Shown: positions 1 through 13,145 of the stretch, one piece after another
Numbering within the stretch: the first letter of the stretch is position 1
How the letters are laid out: every line of letters starts with the position of its first letter
Source: Daphnia carinata
Lineage: Eukaryota
NCBI RefSeq assembly: GCF_022539665.2
Contig: NC_081332.1
Coordinates: 4,464,001-4,528,000, forward strand
DNA: 64,000 bases
Direction of reading: 5' to 3'
Position numbers and translations under genes: made by a program
The notes under the pieces: model-generated
Database searches by the model: none
The model's input: only the letters and a program-made list of their open reading frames with translations
Told to the model about the DNA's origin: nothing

Positions 1-650
1 GTGATCGTTAGCGTGTTATTCATGTTAAGCAATTGGATATTACTTAATGATGCCCCGTGGGAATGGTGATCACGAGCTTATCTCACCCACATTATCTTAC
101 TACTAATTTTGATGACGTTGAAAGAAAAAGCGAATGGATATTCATTAAAGAGATTTCCTCTCTTTTTTTCCATGTTTTGCTAATGAGCATCCCCCCACAC
201 TGTTCCAAATGGAAAGGCGAGAACAGGAAATGGCGTAGGGAGTGGCGGTCATAGGGAAGAGATCGGATGATCATCCAAAAAAGAAGATGGCCTCTTAGCT
301 TTTTTAGCGTGTGAAACTGCGACACACGAAACGCAGAGGTTTATATACCAGCATTCTATCCGCGTCGTTCATCATGCTCATTACGATAAAAAAAAAAATA
401 AGGCCAGCCGTTGTATTTCTATCGTCACTACCCGAAATACAGGATGACAAATTCCGGCGGAATTCCGCATCGTTGATTTATGTTTTTGAATGGGAATTGT
501 TTATTTTTTTTATCGTATATAATTTGTATCTTAATCTATTTTAATTTTGTTTTCAACAGGGCGTGGTGAACGGGAGGCGCACTATTTTCTTAAAGGCCGT
601 CGTATAAGAAAAAGAGAAATCGGGTTTGAAGACGTTGGGGGTTGTCGGAA

Positions 651-3600
651 ATGGTTGCCAACGAAATAGCTGGCTCTGGACAGGTGGATGTCTTTCTCGG
701 AGGCGGTAGCAGGTGGACAACATCATCTAGCGACTTGAGAATCACTTCGACGTGCCACACGAACAGAATGTCGGCCGTGGGCGTAGGATCGACGGCGTCG
801 GCGCCAACGACGACGCCACCCGGCGGCGATGCGCTCAACTTGAGCTGCCTAGGACCTCCCCACTACGCGGCGGACAGACATCGCACCACGGCCGCTCAGG
901 GGTGGACGGACACGCGCCCACCGTCGGCCGACATTGGCCCGTCAGAGACGGACGAGGAAGGTCTTCCCCAGCACAGATCCAGTAGTTCTTCCATTAGCCG
1001 CCAGTCGAACAATCATTCGCTTGATGATTGCGGCCATAGTGCAGTGCACGGTGATCTCTCTCCTTGTTCCAGCGACGCCATCCGGATTAGTGTCTGTAGT
1101 GGATTACTTGACCAGTCGGCTCATGGCGAGGATTTGAGTGCGTCCGCAACGGAGGACGTCGGCGCTGGTGTCGTTAATGATGCCCTGGATGCTCCGCAGA
1201 GGCCGGACGACCAGCAGCACGACGACAAGATGCCGCACCAATCATCGCATTACGATTGCGGCTCGGTTACGCAACAACAACAGTGGAAGACGGAAGGTGA
1301 CGAAAGCAACACGGTTTCTACATCGCCTTCCGGCGGAATAACCGTCGGAGGCGTACCGCTCAAATCGGCACTGAAACGGGCTCCCGCAGCGCGTGCTGGC
1401 GGAGTGGCCGGATCGTTGCAGCACCTACAGTCGTCGCGCAAAAAGGCGCGGGTGCGGTTCAACGAGGCGCTCAACACTTTCCTCGAGTGCGACTACGTCA
1501 TCTACGTCGACGACGATGAATACGATCTCTTGTACCATTTGGACGCGGTTGCGGCGGCCGCTGCTCAAGCGGAAGCTGAATTAGCCGATGTGGCTGCGAC
1601 GGAGCAGCCTCAATTAGTCAACGTTCGTTCGTTTGAACTGCAGTTGCCCGAGACGTCACTGACGTCGACTTGTGTCAGTCACGCGACCATCACGCCGGCA
1701 GCCGCTACGACTGGCGATGCTGGAACGTTAAGTCCACCCGATGGGTACAAGGACGCGGCCGCATTTTACGCCGCTGCGGCCGCTTTAGTCGATCTGGAAA
1801 ATCAACATCTTTCCGGTATTTTTTCTTTTTCTTTTTTTGATAAAAGCTTTCCAAATGATTCAAAGTTGTTATTTATCATTTTTGTTTTTCCTTGTTTTGT
1901 TGTTGGCTCGAGGGCAGATTTACATCCATATCTAATAACTTTTTCCGCATGCTAGATTCTATTATCTTTTTCCATATCCTCTACGTGCAGTTGTTGGGTA
2001 CGTAACTGTCGTGATCTTGAGGAGGAAGTCGAAAGAATTTTCTAGTGAAAACATGTTCCGGTTTTCTTTTTCTTTTTCCTCAATCCAGGATGAGAAGATA
2101 AAAAAGAAAAAAGTAGTCCATGATTTTTGATATCCAATGAATATTTCGTGTTAGTTCTTTTTTGTTTCGTTTAATGAACCGAAAAACATGTTGTTTTGCG
2201 ATTGTGTTTCGGAGAGGATACAACAAGAAAAGGCCGTTTCTCATTAGGTCCGTCCTCCAAATCAGGCCGTTTCTTTTTTTTATTTTGTTCCGTGTTGCTC
2301 TGCTTTCTCGCTTTGGCTCGGCAGAAACTGGAGAATACATAATAATAATAATAAAAAAATCGGATAGTGATTGGCGTTTGTGTAGGAGTGCATTGGATCC
2401 GCTAAAAGTTCCGTCCTTCTCGCCCGATCGATATAGCGCCCCCATAGAGACTCCCGAAAGAAGAGATCCATCACTGTATCGTTACGTACTCTCTGTGTGT
2501 GTGTGTGTGTGCGCATTTACAGAATAGGGACACCCCATTGTTTTTTGTTTTTTTCTTTGCTGGATTGAACTCAACAGATGGCGCTCCTCATTACGATGAC
2601 TTTTCTTGATTCTATCAACATGCGGAGTAGGAAAGCCGTTCAAAACAAAACAAAAAAATCTAGTTCGGATGAATGTCTTTTTTGTTTAATGCGTGCGGTT
2701 AACACACACTGCGGATCATGGCAATTGAAGAAGAACGTTAGTCTCTATCCTCGCAACTATTGTCGGCCATCTTTGTGATGTTCTCCAAAATAGTCGTCTT
2801 CACTCCGCCGCCGCTCTGAAAAAAAAGGGGGGGAGGGAAAAAAAGGGGGAGACGATGGAGCGACGGATGAGAATCGCTTATATACACACACACACACGTA
2901 CACAAGAAGAGTCTAGAAATAAGAGAGAGCCCAAGTATCGATCGACGAGCTTCTTTCTCTCTCTATGCCAGCCCCGCAATTCGCTTTTGAGTGGGTGGGG
3001 GAGGAAGAGAAAGGGCGGATGAAAACGTGAGGAACGAAGAAGAGGGGACATCGTCTTAAAAAAAAAAGAAAAACTTGCCACCTACAATCTCTCACACGGC
3101 GACCTCTATATTTCGTTATCAATATCAAGTGTGTTTTGATATCATCAGCACTTGACCGCGCATATAGCGTGCTATCGTTTTTTTTCTTCCGGGGGGGGGG
3201 GGGGATCGCACACGAATCTGCCCGCAAGCAAAACCGACCGTGTCAACATGTCGCTCCTCATCGTCGATTTTAGATGACTATATATTTAAAAACTGGGAAT
3301 TCTGGGGTGTACGGCTCGACCACCTTTTTATCCTTTCTTTTGCTTACGTTTCGAATAATCTCACGGTTACACTTGATCACATTGATATCTATCGTCATCG
3401 GTTCGCACATGTACAGCAAAACCAATCGTTTCTGCCATTGTATGCTTTACTTTCCCCTTTTCTGCGTAAGATATATATATGAATATATGTATTTTTTTTT
3501 TTGCGCTACAGGATTATACCGTAGAAGGGTGAGAGAGGATGGAAAGGGATCAATATTTTGGTTCCATGGGTTTCGGCAACCACGAATGGATGGGGTTGCC

Positions 3601-6600
3601 GAAACCCATTTGAAAACGCCCTTTTTGACAACAATACAGGCCAAACTAGTTTTAGTTTATTTACCCCTCCCACCCTTTTTTTTTTTTTTAATGATTCACA
3701 CCCAAATCATTTTTGAATTGCGGTGGACAACTTTCCAAGTTTCGAAAAAAATGTCGTTTGCCTTGAATCGTGTAAGGAAAAAAGAAAGAAAACAAATTCA
3801 TTTCTCGATGAAAGGCTCGCTAATGAAATTTCAAGTCCCGTTTCTGACACGATTCACGGATTTTCCTGTCACTTGATCAGTATCCGAAACTTGAAACATT
3901 CCACACTCAAAAAATGTAGTTTTCTTTCTTTCGTTTTACACGTGACGTTGAAGGAACTACAAAAAAAAAAAAGAAAAGAAAACTAGACCGATTTTTGCTC
4001 CCAAACAAACCTCACATGCATATCCTGACTAGGGGTGTGTGTCATGTGGTTAAGAGGTCCCTTTCTCCCTTGTGCCATCCGATCCTTCATTTTGACTTTT
4101 TCCGCCATCGTCTTCTTCCTCCCTTATTTCATTTGAAACCCTTTGAAAATTGTGACAAGTCCTGGGAAAAGTCACAATTGGGACATGTTTCAAAAGCACC
4201 CCCCCCCCCCCCCCCCTTTTTTTTAAAAAGAGCAACCGACGATTGATGAATGCGTATTTCCTGAATTTTTTTAAAGAACATATTTTTTGCGCGCATTTAT
4301 TTATAGGCTTCACCGACGATGGAGTAGATCCATGGGAGTCTGAAGACTACGATGATGAAGAGGCTATGGCTGACGAGGCGGAAGCGCTCGACAACGGCTG
4401 GGCGGATGCTCAGACGGCGGATGAATCGCCAAAAATCGAAGCAAATCGACAAGAACACGAAGCGATGGCAGCCAGCGATGGTAGTAGTGAAGTTGCAGAT
4501 TTGGCCGTCCCTTTGCCCGATCCGCCACGTACGGGCATTCTCAAAGGCGGCAAATTATGGCGAGGAGCTGTCAATAACAATAACAACAGCAACGACAGTA
4601 GTCAGAACAACAGCTCTTCAGCGTCCTCTTCAAGCGGCTCTTCGGCCATTGGAGGAGAACGAGGAGGTGGAGAAGAGGCCACTTTGTCACGTCACGGCGA
4701 GAAATCGCCAGCTGTCCGTTTCATCCATCTCAACGACTCTCAAGGTGGAGGAGACTCGTCCGAGGATGGAAACAGTGCGGCCGCCGCCACTAACGCCGGT
4801 GGCGCTGCTAGCGGCGGTCAGTCGCAAAGGAGCGCTCATCACCACTCGGCCTTCCAGCAGCTGTTCCCGCGCGCCCGAAAGCTCCTCCAGGAGTTGCCCG
4901 AAGCCGAAATCCAGCGGTTGACCACAGCCGCTCGAGCCAATAATGCTCCGTCGTCCGTCTCGTCGTCTAGGGCCGTCACGTCTCTCCTCAGTCATTCGAC
5001 CGACACCGGCACTGACACTACCGACGCACCCGACCTCAAGTAACATTTTTCTTTTTCTAACTTCGTTCTGCTAGACTCTTTTATCTGGATGTTTGGGGGG
5101 GGGGGCTAGCATCGATATTTGGCATTCTTAAATATTTATAAGAAGATGCTATCCATCAGAGATGTACAGATCTTTTACTTTTCCTTATTGGAAGTCGTTT
5201 CGGGGAACAGCCGATTGTAATCGATCCGTTTTCATATTTTTCCATCACTGCGGATGGGACAATCGATCCGTCATTCTACACTACAACGAGATGTGCACTT
5301 TGTACACAGAAAAAAAAACGATGAGACGTTTTGCCAGCTAATCAATTCTTTGTAATATCATACAAGTCACACACGCAATGGTATTAAACTACTGTCGTTG
5401 TTTAAAAAAAAAAAGGGGGGGGCTATTAAGACTACGCACACGTAACGGACCGTTGCGGATATGCTTAACATGCCTATGACACGATAGTTTTTTTTTATAA
5501 AATAAAATGCAATTAAACTTTGTTAAAGAAAAACCGCAAGAACCCCCAAGGCTTTTCCTTGTACGCCCTTTCTCATCCATTACGCGATGATGATTGCGGT
5601 TAACCTCGGTATCGTCCCGTCCGTGTTTACAGGAGAAAAATATCATTTTCAATAGTATCGCGTTGTGTGTGTTATCCCCACATGCGGTCTTGTTTGAATT
5701 CAACTCTTGACCGAGAGAATAACAACGCTAAATGGCCGATCCATTTTGAAGCTGATTTCACGCGTGATCAACTGCGTGGAACAAATTGGATTTCCTTTTC
5801 TTGGTTGTTAAAAAAATTCGGTTTATAAAAATTCTCTTTCCTATTTTAAAATTAGGTACGAAAAGGCTTTACGTGTTGCGGAAGTGACAGAGGAGGATTC
5901 AAAGGAAAGTCATCCGCCATCCGGAGGAGCGACGGCTGCCGCTGTCAGATTGGGCGTTCAATATTCTGCGGATTATTACCAAATGATCAAGCGGATCCGA
6001 TCGGCTTCTGCCGCTGAAAATGCCAGGCATCAACGCAAAGCGGATGCCACTCCGCCGACGGCTGCGGATTCCCTCGTTGAACGGCTCAAATGGCTGACGA
6101 CGACGGATGTGGATGACGACGTGGCCGATGATTCCAATGTGGCAGAGGAGAGGGAAGCGGCCGACGGCGGAAGCGATCTGGAAATGACGGCCATGCAACT
6201 GGCCGCCTACGCTTCCGTTCCGGCCGAGAATGTGGAACAAACGCAGGAGGGCGACGCTGTTGCGGAAGGTAATCAACACCAACAAGCGGCGGCGGCGCCA
6301 CGGTCAACAGCGGACGCGTCTTCCGGATCCGGTGAAGCGGCCAACCCTCCGCCCGCTTTAACGAAAACCTCCAAATCCGGCAGCGGCGGCAATGAGAAGA
6401 GCACGTACAGAAAATTGAACGAGCTCTTTTTCCGGACGAAATCCAAGGATAAAAACAAAGACGCTAATAAATCATCGAATTCGGCATTGAATCGCAGTTT
6501 CTCTCCTCCACCTCCAGCGGAAGTGGAGCCCAAGATGAAACCATCCAAGAAACAACAACAACCGCACCTCATTCACATTGTCGGCTTATCGGGCAAATGC

Positions 6601-8368
6601 TCTTCCTCCTCCGCCGTGTCGGCCAGTGCCTCTTCCGGCGCTTCCGGAACAGAGACGCTCGGCCGGATACCCAACGTTGTGCCCACTGTGGATCACGTCT
6701 ACCGGGCGGCCGTCGATTTGGTGACGCGCAATTCTTCCACCCACCAGTTCAATCATGCGGCCGCTGTTCATTCCGGCGTCGTCATCCAGGGCCCCTCGAG
6801 CAACGATTCTTACAGCCTGGATGACATTGATGCCGCACTCCATGCTCAAATGTCGGCCAGCGCTTCATCCACGTCGGGCGTCGCGACGGAAGCGATGCCC
6901 AATCAGTGTATGTATCTGTTGCCTGCCAGCCCACCGGATTCCGGAAGACTCCCGCGACGAGACGGGCGGATCACGGAGTTCGGGAAGTTCGGGCGACAGC
7001 GGACTGGGCAGTTCCCACGACACTAGCCTGACCGGAACCGACACGGACGGATCCGCTCAGGACGAGTTGCAAGCTTTTGTCCGGCAAGACGCGACCCAGG
7101 GACGGATCGACCGGATTAAAAAGCGCTACAGCGCCGCCCTGGAAGACGAAGCGGAGGATTACGGATTCCTGCGCAGACCGTCGGTCCGCGGAATTAAAAC
7201 GCGTTTCGGATCCACTTCGGAGATTATCCAACAAATGCAGGCTCAATTAGCTGGCCCTATGCCTGCGGTGTCGGCCGCTAGAGCGACGGGACAGACGCAC
7301 GTCAATTGGTCGGCGTACGCGGAGCAGAGTTCCATCCAGGCGGAAGCTTTGCTGGATCCCCGCGAGAAGCGGAGGTCGGCCATGATGGCCATGTCGAATT
7401 CAGTTCACCTTCCAGCTCTTCCCGAAGATGCCGGATACTTCCATCAACAGCATCAGCAGCTGATACACAATGCCGGAAGGGCCGCTCAGACGACGAACGT
7501 AATGGCCACCAATCGCCCGGCTTCCGTTATGAACATTTACGGTTCGACGGGGGACTTGTACCAGCACCTGAGGGCTCCTATGAGACCCGTTATGGTCCGC
7601 CATCCTCAATCAACGTCTTCCTCCGCCATGGCTGGGACTCATCCGGCCCAGCTGCTCGAGAGAACGTCGTCTGTTTGTTCCGTATCTTCGGCCATGGATG
7701 GCAGTTCTGTTTACGGCACGATCCGCAGGCAGCCGCCTCAAGTGATGCATCCATCGTACGCTCATCCGGATTCAATATCGCCCACTCGAGATTACGTTCC
7801 GGCCGTCATGATACAGCAGCACATGGCGCAGCAGCAGCAACAACACCACCTCCAACAGCACCACCAGATGCCCCTGCGGATGACCGTGTCCACACCCGGT
7901 GCACCTTACGCGTCTAATCCGCAGCAACAACGGCCCGTCTCCCAGCAGATGACGGCCGGGTCGATCGCCTATTACGCCACGGCCCAAGATTACGCTCTAC
8001 AGCAACAACAACAGTTCCAGATACAGCAGCAACAACAACAACACTATGTTTACGCAACGCTTCCGGGCAAACGCCAATCGCCTTACGGCGTTCCGGCGAC
8101 GATCCCCATCTCTGCCGGCTCTCAGGTGGTCACTCCGACTATGCTGGATCCGACTCGCTATCGTCAAGTCTTGCCGCCCATGACGTCCCAGGTGACCCTC
8201 AGACCTTCATCCGCATTGGCAGAGCCTCGTTATCCGTCGGCCGTGCACACGGGTCACCTCCAGCCTCCGCAACAACCGGCACCTCCGGCTCCGCTGAAAG
8301 ACGAACGCGAAGGCCCGGAAGGGGCCAGCTCTTCTCCCGGTCTGACGCACCACGACGTCAATATGTAA
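651..8368 (+). CDS. Large low-complexity uncharacterised protein with two SILK-like/RVxF PP1-docking pairs and a Q/P-rich C-terminus
   Basis: ATG at 651 follows an in-frame TAA at 591. Exons 651-1815, 4307-5039 and 5856-~6907 join in phase at GT-AG sites. The frame then changes to the 6755-8368 ORF near 6908-6947. Motifs are KSALK...KARVRF and GILK...AVRF. Family not recognised. Confidence 0.75.
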
Positions 8369-9899
8369 CATATTGTTAAAAACAAAACAAAAGAGAGAGG
8401 GGCTTTGCTATTCCAGACGGATGTGAAATTCCGGAGTTTCTAAAGTTAGAAAAACAACGACGAAAAATGGACACGCCGACGCATAGATCATACGGCCTGC
8501 CATCTTGAAAAGAACAATAACAAGTAGGGCGAGGCTTTTTTTAAAAAAAGACATGCGATTGTTTTTTTTAACTGACGTCATTTCGTTCGTGGAACAAGTG
8601 AACGTCAGTTTTGGGGCGACCTTGTTATTATTTTTCGCGTGTTTTTTTTTTTTTAGGGAGGGAATCGGGTCTGTTTAATTCAAAATCTGATTGCGCACAC
8701 ACGCAGCTCCCACACACGCAAAATGGATTGGAAAATAGGTTTCTTCTTCCTCTTTGATTCCTCGTTTTCATTTTTCTCGTGAATTTGGTACCTGCAAACG
8801 ATTCTAGTTTCAAAACAAATCCAAATAAAACTTGACTACAAAAAATAGAAAAAGGTGACGACAACACAAGTAATTTAAAGAATGTAAAGAAGATAAATTG
8901 AAGTATTTACGCAGAAATGTTTAGATGGGACAATGCCAGATGCAAATAAGTAATCAAACGGGCAAAAGAATTTTATTTAAAAGCAAAAAAAAAAAATAAA
9001 AAACGAAAAAAAAAAAAAGTTAATGCTCGGGACAAATTTTTTTGTTTTCTAAAAAATGTTAACCAAAAAATTCCTTAAACGTCTTAAGTTTACATTTGTG
9101 CTCCCCCCCCCCCTCTTTAATACGATAAATGATTATCAGCTTTGAACTGAGTTTCCTCTATAGGAAAAAACGACAAAAGGAAAGATTTTGATTGATGCTA
9201 GAAACAAAAAATGTTTGGCTATTATCAAATCTGATAATGGCCGACCGTTAGTTATTTTGGTGTGTCTGCCATTGTTGATTTCTCTTGTATACACCTGCGC
9301 ACCCGACATTCGTGGCAAACAGAACAACCCACCTATGTCTATCCCACCAAAATTGTTTCTCATACCCTCGTTTTTTTCGTCCTCTCTCATTTGTAATAGA
9401 CATTTATATACTACATATATTCACGTTGTGCGTATTGTAAAGAATAATTGAAAAAACAATGAAAGTTAAACGGAGCAGCCAGTTTATGTGTACAGTGTCT
9501 GAAAAAAAGAAACGAAGAGACACCACTTGGATGTGTTATGTGTGCGTGTGTATCTCGATCGACAAACATTTGCATTTTCGATCGCATTTATTTTGCACGT
9601 CTACGAAAAAAAAAAATTGATAAATAATAACAATTGTACATGTCATGGCTGTCACAACAATATGTCTGTGTATTTCAAACTCGTGTTCTCTATATATATT
9701 ATATATAGACTTCTGAAACGTGTGTATTGTATAAATATATATACGACGTCAATAAATAGAAAGATATTATCCTCAAAAAAAAACAATAAACAAATAAGCC
9801 AGAATTTTAGGCGACGACGACTATGTAGAGTATTTTCGTTCTTTTCAAAAAAAAATTTTGTTTGGATTATTTATCTATTTTTTTTTTTCTTTTACTTTT

Positions 9900-11670
9900 T
9901 TAAAGTTTGAAAGGGAAGGATCCGTCGTCGAGGAAGCGGGCGATTTCTTGCGGCATGACGGCGCTTTCTTCGACGGCCGTGCAAGGCCTACACATGCAGT
10001 CGACTGGCGCCCGAGTCACGACCTGCAAAAGGTATTCAAAAAAAAAAAAAAGGAAATGATTTAATTTCCTCTTGTACAAATTTTTTTAAGGAAAAAAAAA
10101 ATGGAATGACATAAAAGGATTGTGCTAAAAAACTTCATCCGCACTCTGACGGCGGAATTTTAAAATGCGGAAATTGTCATTTTCTTTTGTAGAACGTGGA
10201 AAGTACGAAACTCGTTCGGCATCGCTGAATTTTTTCGCAAGTGAACGGTGCTTATTTTTTTTAAATGTATTTTTTATTTTTTGTGAAGTATTTATACCCG
10301 GCGCAGTTTGGGTTCTCCAGGTGCGGCTTTCGGACACAGCAGGGAGACGGTGGCTTCACGCTCACCTGACTCTTGGCAACACATGCACGAACGCTCCGTT
10401 TGCCACAGTTTCGATCCGGAAACCTACAAACCAAGAGGAAGAAACATAAAAAAAAACTAGCGAGAAGAACAAATAACGTGGTGCTATCATCACACAAGAT
10501 TTTTAGAAAATAAAGATGACCAAGTAAAAAAACTTGGCACGCGAGACGGCCGCGCATGGAAGTTCGTGACGCATGGAAACGTTTCTTTTTTTTCTCTTCG
10601 TTAGACGAGACAATCAACTTAATGATACCATAAATGCACATCCACCCCCTTCTTTTTCTAATCTTGTTTCGGGTGTTTCACGTTCGCTCCTCCTCCTTTT
10701 TTCAAAAACGGTAAGGTTTTCCACCATCTTTCTATGAATAACATGGACTTATGTTGGTCTTCTTTATATATATTTCCTCAGGTCCATCGATCTTTTCTCA
10801 GCCGATGTAACACATATACCTCTGTGTTATGCAGACGCGGGATATTCTTGCCCCCAGTTTCGCTTGGATTGCTTTGATCAATCACCGTTTGCTTGGATAT
10901 GTCTGCTCCTCCTTCTACTTGACGGTGGGCATTTTCTCTTTTTTTTTTGCGGTGGATAAGGATTATTCTCGATGCTCATTGTGGCACAGTGTAAGTTTGG
11001 ATGTTATCAAAACGTATACATCTTTATTTCTCCTCTTTTTTTCCCGTAATCACGAGAACGCGAATGCGCAGATGACGCCATCTCTGCACACAGACAATGT
11101 AACGGTAGGGAGGTTTGTCCTGTATTCATTGGACACGAACAACAGCAGCGTCGGCGGGCAAAAGTTGGATGATGTATGAGACGCCATACGCTACCGTGCA
11201 CAAGGATTCGATCAATCAAAAAAAACCTACCACCAAAACGATGCCATCAACGGAAATGAGTTGCAATCTCTTCTTCTACGATGTTTTGATGATGTGAATC
11301 TTTTTTCATTTGCACACCGGGAAATATGAAAATGAGCTGTCATGTCGCTGGTTATTTCTCAATTGTTAGGCATCATTTTGTTTTCTTTTTTTTTTTTTTC
11401 TTTATTAACATCATTTGAATAAAGTTTTCTTTTTTTATTTACCTGGACGTAGCTGGTGCATTTGCCGGTGCAGGCAAACGACGGAATCGGTTTCGGCATG
11501 CAACCGGGATATTGTAGGACGTGAATGACGGGAGTCAAATGACATTCGTCAGCTCGAACGTCAGACACGAATATCAGGAGCGTGATGGCCAGCAGAAACG
11601 GTACAATGTTGTGTCTGCTGCTATGTTTGGTCGTCGATGTTGCCTGTTTGTTATATGTGAAAGACGACAT
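9900..11670 (-). CDS. burs: Bursicon alpha subunit (cystine-knot neurohormone)
   Basis: Exons 11670-11443, 10423-10298 and 10022-9900. Signal peptide, then DECHLTPVIHVLQYPGCMPKPIPSFACTGKCTSYVQ/VSGSKLWQTERSCMCCQESGEREA...RAPVDCMCRPC. Confidence 0.96.
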
Positions 11671-12150
11671 TTTTTTTTTGTTTTGACGTCGGTTGCAGTG
11701 TTTAGTGTCTACCCTCGTTCGACGATCTAGTGACTCCAAACGTCCAACAGCCGGCCTGTCAAATATAGGCGATGGTGGACACCCGTGTCATGTGCAGTAG
11801 CCGTTTCCAACGTAAATAATTATTATTTACGTTTGAAAATAAAAGCATTAACGATAAAGTTATACCCCCTACTACGGGCATTGGACATTAGGAGACTGGC
11901 TATTCCAGCCCCACTGGGTACGTGTGGTGATCCACTTTTATTTTTTTACTTTAATGATTCTCTACTCTTTCTGTGATTGACAGGTAAATGCAATTGCTAC
12001 CCGCAGAGCCACAAAGTATCAAAGGGCGCTAATGAAGTGCCAGCCACACATCAAAACGACCGCGACCGTCCATTGCAGACGACAGTATTGAACCGACAGC
12101 AATTGTACGAACAACAGCAGACTAAACTAAGTAATAATAGTAATAATATC

Positions 12151-12715
12151 ATGTTCTGGTACGTCTTGATCATCCTTTTGGGTGCCGGTTCGACTCGGGA
12201 AGCGTTTGCCACCAAGTCGAATATGATGGTTGGAACATGCGAGACACTTCCGTCAACTATTCACATAACAAAAGGTAAATTTATGCTGAGAAAGCTAGTT
12301 TTTTAAAAGGCATCGTGTAATCAGCTTTCAATTGTTCCAGAGGAGTACACCGATGCAGGGATTCTATCCAGGACTTGCGAAGGCGATGTAAGCGTCGCTA
12401 AATGCGAAGGATCTTGTTCATCACAAGTCCAGCCTTCCGTTGTTCACCCTTCTGGATTTTTAAAGGTAATCATATCCGCTGAGTAGTTATTACATCCAAT
12501 TTCAAATAAGTTGATTCACTGTTTCGCATTCGATGGTTGTCATTCAGGAATGTATGTGTTGCCGTGAGTCGTTTCTGAGGGAGCGAGTCGTAACCCTAAG
12601 CCATTGCTACGATAGTAATGGCAACCGCTTAACCGGAAAGAATTCTTCGTTAGATGTCAAAATGCGTGAACCCGCCGACTGTAAATGTTTTCGATGCGGT
12701 GATTCAATGGAGTAA
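12151..12715 (+). CDS. pburs: Bursicon beta subunit (partner of bursicon)
   Basis: Exons 12151-12274, 12341-12465 and 12548-12715. Signal peptide, then [15 protein letters not shown]...[24 protein letters not shown]...[17 protein letters not shown]...[12 protein letters not shown]. Confidence 0.96.
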
Positions 12716-13145
12716 ACATGAACATCGCATTCAAAGTTGTTTTCAGTACGGTTTTTCCTCAGTTTTATGGATGTCTGTAAACGTTTTATGTGTATTTAAC
12801 AATCGATAATGATAACGCTATGCCCTGAATAAATACACACCTCTAAATGAACAAAAAATCAATACGTTTGGATTTTAAATTCTATTTTCTGTTCGCTCTT
12901 GGGCGATATTAATTACGTTTTTTCTTTTCCGCTGATCTGGCAACGTTCTGGTTTTTATTTGAAGCAGACTCTCTTTTTGTGAGAGTCTCGCGTAATCGCC
13001 GCATCGTTTCTTCATCGTTTTGGCTCTTTGACGTTAAAAAGCAATATATCAGGGGTGTCTGAAATTTCAATCACCTCCCATTCACGTAAATAACAGATAG
13101 TTGTTCAAATTAAATCAGTTAGGTTACTACGGTTCATTACCAGCA

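Noticed and set aside
2080..4246. ORFs in the first intron of gene 1, including the 200-aa ORF at 3274-3876
   Set aside because: They are F/K/L-rich translations of homopolymer- and microsatellite-rich intron sequence with non-ATG or weak starts.
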